Assembly: GCA_051294375.1 (NCBI GenBank)
Contig: CM119266.1
Span: 16,114,087-16,178,086 of the forward strand
Direction: 5' to 3'
Source of the DNA: Paraspadella gotoi
Taxonomy: Eukaryota; Animalia; Chaetognatha
Length of the DNA: 64,000 bases
The notes beneath the pieces were generated by a model. It was not told where the DNA came from and did no database searches. It worked only from the letters and a program-made list of their open reading frames with translations. The position numbers were made by a program, and so were the translations under genes. Below are positions 54,053 through 64,000 of the stretch, in pieces (the stretch's first letter is position 1; each line of letters opens with the position of its first letter).

Positions 54053-54296
54053 CCAATTCATAAGTTCCATGGATGATAGTAAACCATCCATTCTTCAATG
54101 CAAATCGCAATACACAGAATTCTTTTTTCTATTAAATCAAATTCAGCTAGCTAAAAAGATAATACTATAACTATAATCTGATATCATCTTTCATAAAACA
54201 TCTCAGTCGCAAAAAAGAAAATTACAGCAAATGTTGGAAATAGTGATGACATAATATAGGAGTGTTTCCAATGACGTAATAGCCAAAGGCTGCAAA

Positions 54297-54624
54297 TGAC
54301 GTTATGTCGGAAGTGATGACGTCGTGACCAGAATGATGACGTTATGATCGAAAGTGATGACGTCGTGACCAGAAATGATGACGTCATGATCGGAAAGTGA
54401 TGAAGTCATGACGGAAGTGATGACGTCATGATCGAAGTGATGACGTCATGCACCGAAGTGGAGACGTCCCCCCATGACCAGAAGTGATGAGTCCATGACC
54501 GGAAGTGATGACGTCATAACCGGAAGTGATGACGTCATGACCGGAAGTGATGACTGTCATGACCGGAAGTGATGAGCTCATGACCGGAAGTGATGAGTCA
54601 TGACCGGAAGTGATGACGTCATCA
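54297..54624 (+). repeat. 21-bp tandem array (CCGGAAGTGATGACGTCATGA)n, ~15 units; each unit has an ETS core and a CRE palindrome
   Basis: Units are directly visible, most perfect at 54499-54622 and decaying leftwards. The array ends in the 14-bp palindrome TGATGACGTCATCA. Confidence 0.92.
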
Positions 54625-54674
54625 GATAGTATGTCAAGAATTTTTGCGTCTGAACGCCTATATTTCCTCTCTCA

Positions 54675-55180
54675 TGAGAGTAATATGTTTTTACCTTCTA
54701 GCCATCAGTGATAAGGATAAAGCGAAGCAGAACTCGAGGTGTTTTAATTCTGAATCTTTATCGAATCTTGTGATTAAATCGACGGGAGATACTTGAGAAT
54801 AAAGATTCGATTGTTAGTATTGACTGTTTTTTGTTGAAATTAGTAGATTGATACTGAACAATCGCTCGATAGTCTTAATGTTTTAGCCGAATAGTAGAGA
54901 TGCTCTAATAATAGACAACTATGAGGAAATAAACAGTTATGCGATTGGTAAACAATAAACACTAACAGGTCTGCTAACCGCAGTCTCGCCGATTGCCACT
55001 TAAAAACAATCAGATTGCCAAAAAAACTCGCTAGTTTTTCTAATCGGGATAAAAGCTGGGCTGATTTTCATGACTCAATCCCTTTTTATTCTAAACTCGT
55101 CTCTTATCTAAGTTCACGGGGCAAAAAAAAATAGAACGTTTCATTGGGCAAGTCTTCACGTGAAATTGCTTACGTGGAAA
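54675..55180 (+). repeat. Long direct repeat, right copy (~505 bp)
   Basis: Matches 50943-51424 with many 1-nt insertions. Confidence 0.93.
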
Positions 55181-55794
55181 AGATTTGCCGGCTTTTGTGA
55201 CCGTTGAACCATTGAACCTTTTTTACCTTTGTCAGATGATAAATATTGCACAGTGTTTTTTTAAAATTAGTTTTCTGTTTATTTTTCACCATTGTTAAAT
55301 TTTATATTTCATCAATCATTAAAACGAATTATATCAATTTAATTCCCATAATTTGTTTTTTTATCTAGAAAAAATACTTCTCAAACAAATTAGATTCCGC
55401 ATAGGATTTTGAATTAAAAATGGAACATTGGCTAAATATTATAGGTGAAAAGTGAAACCGGATTTTTTTTCGTTCTCTTTTTGATTTTCGATATTGATTT
55501 CGTCAAAGCTAAGGATTTCAACCTTATTTTCATCTTTTTTTTTCGTTTCGACTTTTTGCCGGAATGATTGCAAAGTCGGCGGCGTCGATCCATCTTCAGA
55601 CGAGGATGACGATGGTGTAGCATCTCCTTGTTGTAACCTTCGTTCGTTATTTGATATCTTTTTTATTTCTTTTTAGTAACGACGTGAAAGCTTTTTTTTT
55701 CCTCTTTGGGATTTCATTCTCTATTTTTATGTCTTCTTCATCATTTGGTTCTCGTTACTTTATTTCAACTTTCTAATGTTCCTTTGTTTAACCC

Positions 55795-57507
55795 TTTTTA
55801 GTCGGATTGCTTTATCAGCAGATCCGACTCTATAACTCACTTTTTATACTCACTTTTTCGGTCCGTCGGTCCGCCCCTCAATATGTCGGCACACACTTAT
55901 ATCATGTCAGAACATTCGAATTATGATAAATTATGCAAAAAAAATGATGTCCGTCCGTCCGTTCTGCTGTCCGTCCGTCCGTCCGTCCGTCCCACCTTTG
56001 CAAAAAACACCAATTACTCGTGATTGGATGGATGGATTTAAATGAAATTTTGTGTGAGGATAGGTAAGTGTGTGATATGAGCTGGATAGAAGTTTCGAGG
56101 AATCGTCCGAGTGGAAATGAGTTTAAAATGGGAAAAAACAAAAAAAATATATTCACTATTTGGAATACCAATTGCTCATGAGTGGGATGGGCTGATTGAC
56201 CTGGAATTTTGTATTGTGGGTAGGAAAGTGTGTGATGAACAGGAAATCAAAGTTTCGATGGAATAGTTTGAGTGGAAATGGTTTAAATGGAAAAAAACAA
56301 AAAACCTGTTACTAATTGATTATGCTTCTTTTTCCTTTTATATTAAATGTATCTGCAGGATGTATATTAAAATCAAATAATTAATCAGTTAATTAATCCA
56401 ATTAGTAAATAAATTATCATAATTAATTAATAGTCAATCAATCCGTCCATCCGTCCACTTAGCAAAAAGCTCCAATAACTCGTGATTGGCTGGTTGGATG
56501 AATTAAATTTTGTGTGTGGGAGAAAGGTGTGATAAAGCTGGATATAAAATTTGATGGAATCTGTGAGTGGAAATTAGTTTAATGAGAAAAAAATAAGTCC
56601 GAATTTACTAAAATCTTTTTACTTATTTTAACAATAAATACTCCAATTAATCATAATTGGATGGATAGATTGAGTGAAATTTTGTGTGTGGGTAGGAAAA
56701 CGTATGACGAAGCTTGATCTAAGTTCAGTGGAAACTACCAGTGGACAATGAGGTTTAAAATGAAAAAAAAATATGAGTCACATTTACTTGAATCTTTTAT
56801 TTATTTTAAACCCATGATAGATTGAGATGAAATTTTGTGAGCCGGTAGGAAGTGAAGAGCTAGATATAAAGATTTTGGACGAATGCAAGTTGAAGAAAAA
56901 AATTATGCAAGTTGAAAAAATGATGCAAGTTAAAAAAAATCTTAAAAGCATAAGGATCGTCGGCTATTGCATAAAAAGAAGAGAGAGAGAGAGGAGAAGA
57001 GAGAGTGAGAGAGAGAGAGAGAGTGAGAGAGAAAGAGAGAGAGTGGAGAGAGAGAGAAGGAGAAGGAGACATAAAATAAAAAAAATCTTAAAAGACTAGA
57101 TCGAGCCAGAGCCCACTATCATAGAAAATTAATGAAAAAAAACCGGGGAAAAAAACGAATGAATCATGCGATAACGAATGTTGATGTTACTAGTAATTGA
57201 TTGAGTAATACTAATTGATTGATGTAATAGTAATTTATTGATGTAATAGGAATTGATTATTGATTCGATGATAATCAATTATTGATGCGATGATAGTCAT
57301 TCACTGCTGTGATGATAGTCATTCAGTGATGCGATGATGTCATTCATGATGCGATGATTGTCATTCATCTGATGCGATGATAGTCAATTTAAAACAACAC
57401 AAATGCGTATTGTATGCAGTGAAGGAGAGAGAGAGAGAGAGAGAGAGAATGAGAGCGAGAGAGAATGAGAGAGAGAGAGAAGAGAGAAAGAGAGAGGCAA
57501 GAAAGAA

Positions 57508-57553
<46 letters not shown>

Positions 57554-58584
57554 GAGAGAAAGGAAAAAGATAAACCACGAAAATCTCGGATAAATATGGG
57601 AATTTTGTACTTGAAAAAAAAGCGCGGAATAAATAGGCAATAATAAAAGTTTTAGAAAGGAAAAAAATAATTCAGAATTTACCAAAAACAACGATCAACG
57701 CCAAAAGATCGACAGATAGGACAGACAACACAGAGAGCACAGAGATACAGAGAAGAGAGAGAGAAAATAAGAGGATGAAGAGAGAGAGAGAAGCCGCTGC
57801 CAGAGAAAAAGAGAAAGAAAAGAGCGATATATAATAATTAGAAAGAGATAAGAGAGAGAAGCTCTACCGCCCCTTTACTCGATTAAAGAATCACAGTACT
57901 TATGCGCGACGTATGCTGGAGCTATTCTCTTACCCAAAGACCCGGGTTCCGCCGCCCTGTTCGCGCATCGTTTTTTACATTAGTGAACCGCACATATACT
58001 AAAAAATTTTGTAAAAAAAAAAAGAGAGAGAGAGATGAGACCTGATAGAGAGAGAGAGAGAGAGAGAAAGAAGCTGGAAGACGCTGCAGAGCCGCGAACC
58101 GTTTTTAGAAGAAGCATGTGACGGAGAAAAGAGAGAGAGAGAGAGCGAAGCATATAATTTAAAACGTTCTTGTTTTTTGTAAATAAAACATAACAAATCC
58201 AATAGGGATATGAAACATGAGAATTTTAAAGATCTTGATGATTAGACCATATATGAAAATTCAACTCCCTATGATTATCACACTCAGAAGAACATGATTT
58301 GCAAAAAAGCGAGACCGAAAGCTTAACCGGAAAAAAATCTAGACAGGACGGGCTTTGCCGCCTCTGGCTCGATAATAGAGAGATATTTGTTTGTTGTGAT
58401 AAAATGTAAACAAAACATTAATAACTGTCCTGACTCAATTTTAAGGACATCGATGATGAACAAGCTGAATATAAATTATAATTAATCTATTAATTAATTA
58501 ATTAATTAATCTATTAAGTTAAATTAATTAATCTATTAATTAATTATCGTAGCAGATCCGACATTGTTTGCCTCAAACTTGTTT
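55795..58584 (+). mobile_element. Non-autonomous Helentron/HINE (DINE-1-like) element with internal tandem repeats
   Basis: 5' end: TTTTT-AGTCGGAT...ATCCGACT hairpin, then (GTCC)n tracts at ~55860 and 55949-55992. 3' end: a second AGCAGATCCGAC (58551-58562, identical to 55817-55828 and inverted relative to the 5' terminus), a short hairpin GTTTG-CCT-CAAAC, then TTGTTT. About 5 degenerate 150-170-bp internal units at 56010-56880. Confidence 0.6.
57180..57386. repeat. Degenerate minisatellite (GTAATTGATTGAT-type units grading into GATGCGATGATAGTCATTCA-type units)
   Basis: Tandem ~17-24-bp units visible inside the HINE-like element. Confidence 0.75.
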
Positions 58585-60208
58585 CAATTGATGAAGTGCT
58601 TTTTTGGCGGATAAGGTTCGATTTTTCTATATACATTCTGAATGTTCGATTACTCCATCTTTTTAATAATATTTAAAGCTCACCATTATGAAAATTCCCT
58701 ATCTTTAAATCCCGAATTGAAAAATGTCAGAAAAAAATTTCATCGATTGGATTTACTTTATCATTTATTCTTCTGTTACTTTCTGATTTGCCGCGTTTAA
58801 CGAAATAGTCATGGTTTCAATTGAGGTATTCCATAATGAAAAGTAGTAATGATTTTTTTCCATTGTATTTTTTCTATTTTGGTTGGCTTTTCATTGTGTT
58901 CTTCTCATCGCTCCACTTTGTTCTTCTTGTTTCCTGTGTTCGCTCGCTTCGATTGTTCTTTTTTTGTTGCGGCTCCTTCCATTGTTCTTTTTTCTGTGCT
59001 GCTCCTTCCGTCTTTTTTCTGATGCTCGCCCGCTTCCTGATTCTGTGCGCTTCCCGTCCTCACGTGTTGCTCTCTTTTGTTAGACGTCTTCTTTTGTGCA
59101 CCTGTGGTTGCGGGGAAAAGCAGTTCAACCTGTCGAATCTCTTTATTAACAGGTCTGTATCTAGTTAGAAGCTGGGGTGGGAGCGCGGAATACTGGTCCT
59201 CTACACTTCTCAGTGGGGTGTGGCGTTGTAGTATTTTTGCGTCGTGCTTTTTCTTTACGTCGTTGTGCGCTCATCTCTTTGTTCCTGTCTAGTATCTGTC
59301 GCCATATCTTGTAGTGACCGCTCTTGTCTTCATCATGCTGTCGATTGTTTCCATCGTCTCATCCTTGTTGTTGTCGTTGTTGTCCACCATAGTGTCGTCG
59401 TGTTAAGGCGGGTAAATTCCGTTCCAATGTTACAATCTTAAATAGTGTACATTTATTAAAATTTTTTTGCAGTAAAAAAATACATCAAAACTTTTTAAAT
59501 TACTGATCCGGTTTCACACACCCTCAACGAGTTTATAAGAATATTAATGTCCAATTAACATTTATTTACTAGGAAATTTTTTAGCATTAGAAATTTCTTT
59601 TCAAATCTTCGATTAGTTACTGAACTCGCTGGCAAAAACTTGTTTTTTGATAATAGTTATCTCGGCTAGAAAAAAAAAGAGAGAATATTGTGTGATTACG
59701 AAAACCGGATACTCAAGAATGACTTTAGAGTCTTGAGTGTTTTTAACAGGATAGTAAAAGAGAACCAAATTTTTTACGATTTGTCAAGCGACAAATTTCA
59801 GATCACAACCTTGCATGATGGATCTACAAATACAAATTGATTGCGAAAATGGACATAGTCGTTGTACTGATGTTTTAAAAAAGATTAAAATCGCGATGAA
59901 AAACAAAAAATAATTCCTATGTTCAGTTTGTCGAACAAACATTATAAATTAGGTCAGGGGCAAGGTTGTAACGAAATTAAATTAGGAATTGTATTCTCAC
60001 GATGTTGAAGTTGTCACACGTGAAAAATACAAACTTAANNNNNNNNNNNNNNNNNNNNNNNNNGATGGAAAATTTAAAATTGAGGTGATTTAATTATATA
60101 TATATATTTATTATCATAATAAAATATTTAAAATTTTTTTTTAAATTCGTTTAAAGGAAACATAATTTAAGATTACGCGCCAACTTGCTGCTTCTTAAGA
60201 AAAAAAAA

Positions 60209-61330
60209 ATGGCTCAATATTTCGGGATGAAAAGAAAATCCAAGGGCAACAACGACGACGACGAGGGAAAGTAAGTTATCTTTGTTTTTGTATTTTTTAT
60301 TGTTGTGTATATATTAACATTAAACATTAAATGATATGATATGATATTAATATTATGAATTTAATTTTCTTTTCGTTTAGATTACTATCCGTGGAGGCGA
60401 TGAAAATTGAAAATGACAAGTACAATCGTGTCAAGACTATTCGGTAAGTGAATGATTGAATGAATGAATGAATTAATAATAAAAAGAGATTTTTCTCATC
60501 GCTAATTTTTTTTATTTTCCTTTAATTAGTTCGCGGGTCATTCCACTGTCGCAGTACGCGACATTGATCGACAAAAGGTCACATTTTGTCTTGAAAAAAG
60601 ACAAATATGATGCGTCTTCGTCATCGTCCTCGTCTTCCGGTTCTTTGGCCGGCGGTAGTAACGTTGCCCCTTATTTGTACCATCTGGAGTTGTCCAGGCA
60701 AGAGCTGGTAGCCCTCTTCCGCCGGTACCAGTGCGAACTGAAAGAAGACATTGGCCGATTTGAGACGTGAGTTTTTATTAATTTATTCGAGTTATTTATT
60801 TTTTTTATAACAATAATTCTATTTTTAAAAAATTAGATATTTACTATTATTTTATTTTTTTAAGGATGTGCGAAACGCATGGATATACGAACGCCACCGC
60901 GGAGAAGGTCTTCATATCGCACTCCCTCTCGTTCGCCTTGTCTTACTGGAAACCCCCTCACGGACAACCCAAGGCCACGGTTCAGCTTCGGTAAATTTTT
61001 TTTCTTATTCGTTGTCTCATTGTCTTTAAAGACATAAATAATACATTTACATTGTTGACCTTTTTATCACATGACATAAACATTAATCTATTTTTTAATA
61101 CTTTTTTCAGCCTGCATCATTTCAATTCGACCTTGGCCGAGTCCAAAACCGTGGTCTTAAATTTGGGGGGCGTATATCTCTCGCTGTTCGAGTTTGGAAA
61201 CCTGATGGACTATGTCAAACGCACGTGCGTGAGGGATGACGGTGAGGACAATGACGAAGACGACAATGACGACGCTGGAGACGAACCTTTTGACGTTCCC
61301 GGATCGTCAAAAAAACCTCGAAAGGAGTGA
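60209..61330 (+). CDS. Spliced gene, 235 aa; hypothetical protein, predicted tandem PC4-like ssDNA-binding fold with acidic tail and terminal basic motif
   Basis: Exons 60209-60270, 60381-60443, 60530-60766, 60865-60990, 61111-61330. Strong donors (GTAAGT, GTAAGT, GTGAGT, GTAAAT), T-rich acceptors, 708 nt open, AATAAA at ~61394. The C-half FISHSLSFALSYWK...TVQLRLHH...GVYLSLFEFGNL parallels PC4 FQIGKMRYVSVRDFKG.VLIDIREY...GISLNPEQWSQL. The gene structure is well supported; the fold is inference. Confidence 0.72.
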
Positions 61331-61468
61331 CTTTAATTAAAACTTTTTTTCACAAAATGTGAATTTTTTAAATTGTGAATAGTTAAAAATTATAATAAAG
61401 AAATTAAATATTATATTTTTGATTAATAAAATAATAGTTTAACTAAGCTTTCTAATAACAACGCCACC

Positions 61469-61566
61469 ATGACTGACCAAATGTGTGTGGATCCGTTTCC
61501 TAAAGTGTCCGAAGTCATTGATCGCACATCCGTGACGTTTAAACTTGGGTTTATTCTCCACATTCT
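61469..61566 (+). CDS. Probable first coding exon of a further gene (MTDQMCVDPFPKVSEVIDRTSVTFKLGFILHI...), remainder not traceable
   Basis: GCCACC-ATG context, open for 98 nt, followed by a GTACGT donor and T-rich intron-like sequence. Confidence 0.4.
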
Positions 61567-61679
61567 GTACGTATTTTTTTTCTTTTTTATTACTTATTAT
61601 TTTATTTCATTTATTATTTATTTCTAAATGAATAAGCGAAACTGAACGCTATACTAACGTACATACGTACTTTGATGCT

Positions 61680-61964
61680 CTTTTTTGTATTTCTTTCTTT
61701 CTTTCTTTCTCTTACGGTCTTTCTATTATTCTTTTTTCTTATCTTTCTTATTCTTATCTTTCTTTTCTCTTTTGATTTTCTCTTTCTCTTTCTTTCTCCT
61801 TATCTTATCTTTCTCTCTTTAATCTCTCTTATTTTTTTCTTCTTGTCTTTTCCCTCCTCTTTTTTTCTTTTTTACCGTTTTTTCTTTCTCTCTCAATTTT
61901 TTCCTTAACTCTTCTTTTTTTCTTTCTCTTCCCTTTTTTTTTTTTTTATTTTTTTATTATTTTT

Positions 61965-62030
<66 letters not shown>

Positions 62031-62120
62031 CTTTTTTTTTTTTTTCTTTCTTTCCTCCTCCTTCCGTTCCTTCATCATTATTTTTTTTCTCCTCCGTTAC
62101 TTATTTTCTTCTTCTTTCGG

Positions 62121-62165
<45 letters not shown>

Positions 62166-62186
62166 CTTTCCTTTTTTTGTTTATTT

Positions 62187-62222
<36 letters not shown>

Positions 62223-62280
62223 TTTTTTTTTTTATTTTTTTTTTCTTTTTTTTTCTATTTTTTTTTTTTTTTTTTTTTTT

Positions 62281-62320
<40 letters not shown>

Positions 62321-62330
62321 CTTTATTTTT
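61680..62330. repeat. Poly-T / CT low-complexity tract
   Basis: Directly visible; run lengths are probably unreliable. Confidence 0.95.
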
Positions 62331-62797
62331 CAGTCTCTAGATCTGACTTTCTTTCTTTTCTTTTTTCTTTTCTTCTTTCGTCATTAGCGCCACCCTCAAC
62401 GTCCGTTTTCCCCGCATTTACCATTTTTATTTCCCCATTTTAAGGAGGAATTCTTCTTGGGAGGAGGAGGAGGAGGAGGAGGAGGANNNNNNNNNNGAGG
62501 ATGAGGGGCGGACAGGTTGAGGGGGTTTGAGAAGACGAAGAGAAAAGAGGTTGATCAGGGAAGATATAAGATAATCGAAAACTAAAAGGTTAATGAAATG
62601 AAAAGCTATTCGTGGTAAACGATAAAATCTGGTTAAAATAAACTGAAATAAAAGACAGATTATTATCTCGAAACTCACGAAAGGAAAGTAGAAAAAACCG
62701 CAGAGAGTCGCCCTCGTCCCGGGTGAGGACATCAAGGGACGAAAAGGATGGGAAGAATAAAGATGAGGGTGAGGATGTTGATTTGGACAAAGTTGAC

Positions 62798-62902
<105 letters not shown>

Positions 62903-63508
62903 TAAATGACGAGGAAGCCGATGGGGTGAAAAACATGGCGCTAAATTTTTAACCTTTGACCCCGGATGAGGATCGGATGAATCGCCGCCCGAAGAAATTA
63001 GTCTCGGTTTTCTTTCTTCTCTTTCTTCCCTTTTATTATTTCTTTATTCTTCCTTTCTTTCCCTTTCCCTTTCATTTCGATCCCTTTGTTCTCTCGAATT
63101 GAGAGATGGGGGGGGGGCGTCCATAGTGACGACAAACACGAACAAAAGATTAAGCGGATTATTAAAATGTTTGAAGGGAATTTTTTTTTTTTTAAAAAGG
63201 AGAGAAAATATATGACGGACACGGACCGTGGGGTCATCAGGAGGGCAGCGAATGAAGGGTCAAAAAAAGGGGCATGGGTCCGTTGTGGGCTGCGGGGCAG
63301 CGGGCGCACGGCCGGGCTCCGGTCTTCGAACAAGTGGGCAGCCATCGTATTTTCTAATCTTCATCGTAAATCAAGAAACGCGCGACGAAACTCGTAAGGA
63401 TTTCGGCCATCTTGATTCTTGAGCCTCGACGTTTCCCTCTGTCCTCATTATGCGTGACGCGATTTTACGCAACTGTCTCTGTAAGCCAAAGCCCAAACAA
63501 TATTTGAC

Positions 63509-63518
63509 TTTCTTTCCT

Positions 63519-63582
<64 letters not shown>

Positions 63583-63586
63583 TATT

Positions 63587-63646
<60 letters not shown>

Positions 63647-63660
63647 TATTTCTTTCTTTA
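63509..63660. repeat. (TTTC)n microsatellite
   Basis: Directly visible. Confidence 0.95.
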
Positions 63661-64000
63661 TTTATTTCTCTTTGAATATTAATACGTACGTGTTATTTGA
63701 CATCTGCCATTTGCGAGAGAACAACTTTGTCAACTCACCAAACGATTTCTATTGCTTTTGTCCTTTCGATTCACAATTTAAATAGTGAGATACTCCAGTT
63801 TTTACATCAAGATTTAACTCTCTTCTGAATTCTTAAGACGATGCTCCATGACGCAGGATGACAAAGGATGGGCTTGCAGACTGACCGACCGACTGACCGA
63901 CTGACCGACCGACTTAATAAAGGAGCGGCAAAAAAAAAATTCGAATAGACAGGTCAAAGGTGAGTTGTTGTCATTCTCTGCATTCGCGCGTCGTTGCTTG

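Noticed and set aside
54297-54624. CRISPR array
   Set aside because: The units are contiguous with no unique spacers, there are no cas genes, and the context is eukaryotic.
50943-55180. LTR retrotransposon
   Set aside because: The repeats lack TG...CA ends, I see no PBS, and there are no gag, protease, RT or integrase motifs inside.
61672-62443. Phe-rich membrane-protein-like ORFs (also 47292-47782, 49286-49552)
   Set aside because: They are translations of poly-T and TTTA low-complexity DNA.

Overview
This is animal (invertebrate, probably protostome) nuclear DNA from a draft assembly, not prokaryotic DNA: it has spliceosomal GT-AG introns, abundant (GA)n/(TC)n microsatellites and eight N-gaps. 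Most entries in the ORF track are microsatellite or antisense noise. By hand I could build four spliced genes with consistent intron phases. (1) A 7-exon minus-strand gene (5716-9686) for a ~935-aa protein with a PH-like region and a CDC25/RasGEF domain. (2) A 7-exon SLC16/MCT-type MFS transporter (34729-38105, 472 aa). (3) A compact L-type calcium channel alpha1 (Cav1) gene (41145-47255, 1554 aa) with only 5 coding exons, the first 3132 nt long. (4) A 5-exon gene (60209-61330, 235 aa) that looks like a tandem PC4-like ssDNA-binding protein with an acidic tail. The ~12 kb block holding the RasGEF gene is repeated in tandem (about 3141-15167 and 15168-27655). The second copy is full of 1-nt indels and is probably an uncorrected long-read haplotype rather than a true paralog. 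The best candidate for something undescribed is 50943-55180: a ~3.25 kb gene-dense cassette between ~490-bp direct repeats. It carries a second PC4-like ORF, two co-varying palindromes and a 21-bp ETS+CRE tandem array, and may be a fragment of a DNA-virus-like or mobile element. It also lies in noisy sequence, so it needs read-level validation. A Helentron/HINE-like element (55795-58584) and a fold-back element with a hammerhead-like core (3045-3231) are also present. All protein assignments come from motif recognition by eye; no searches were run.
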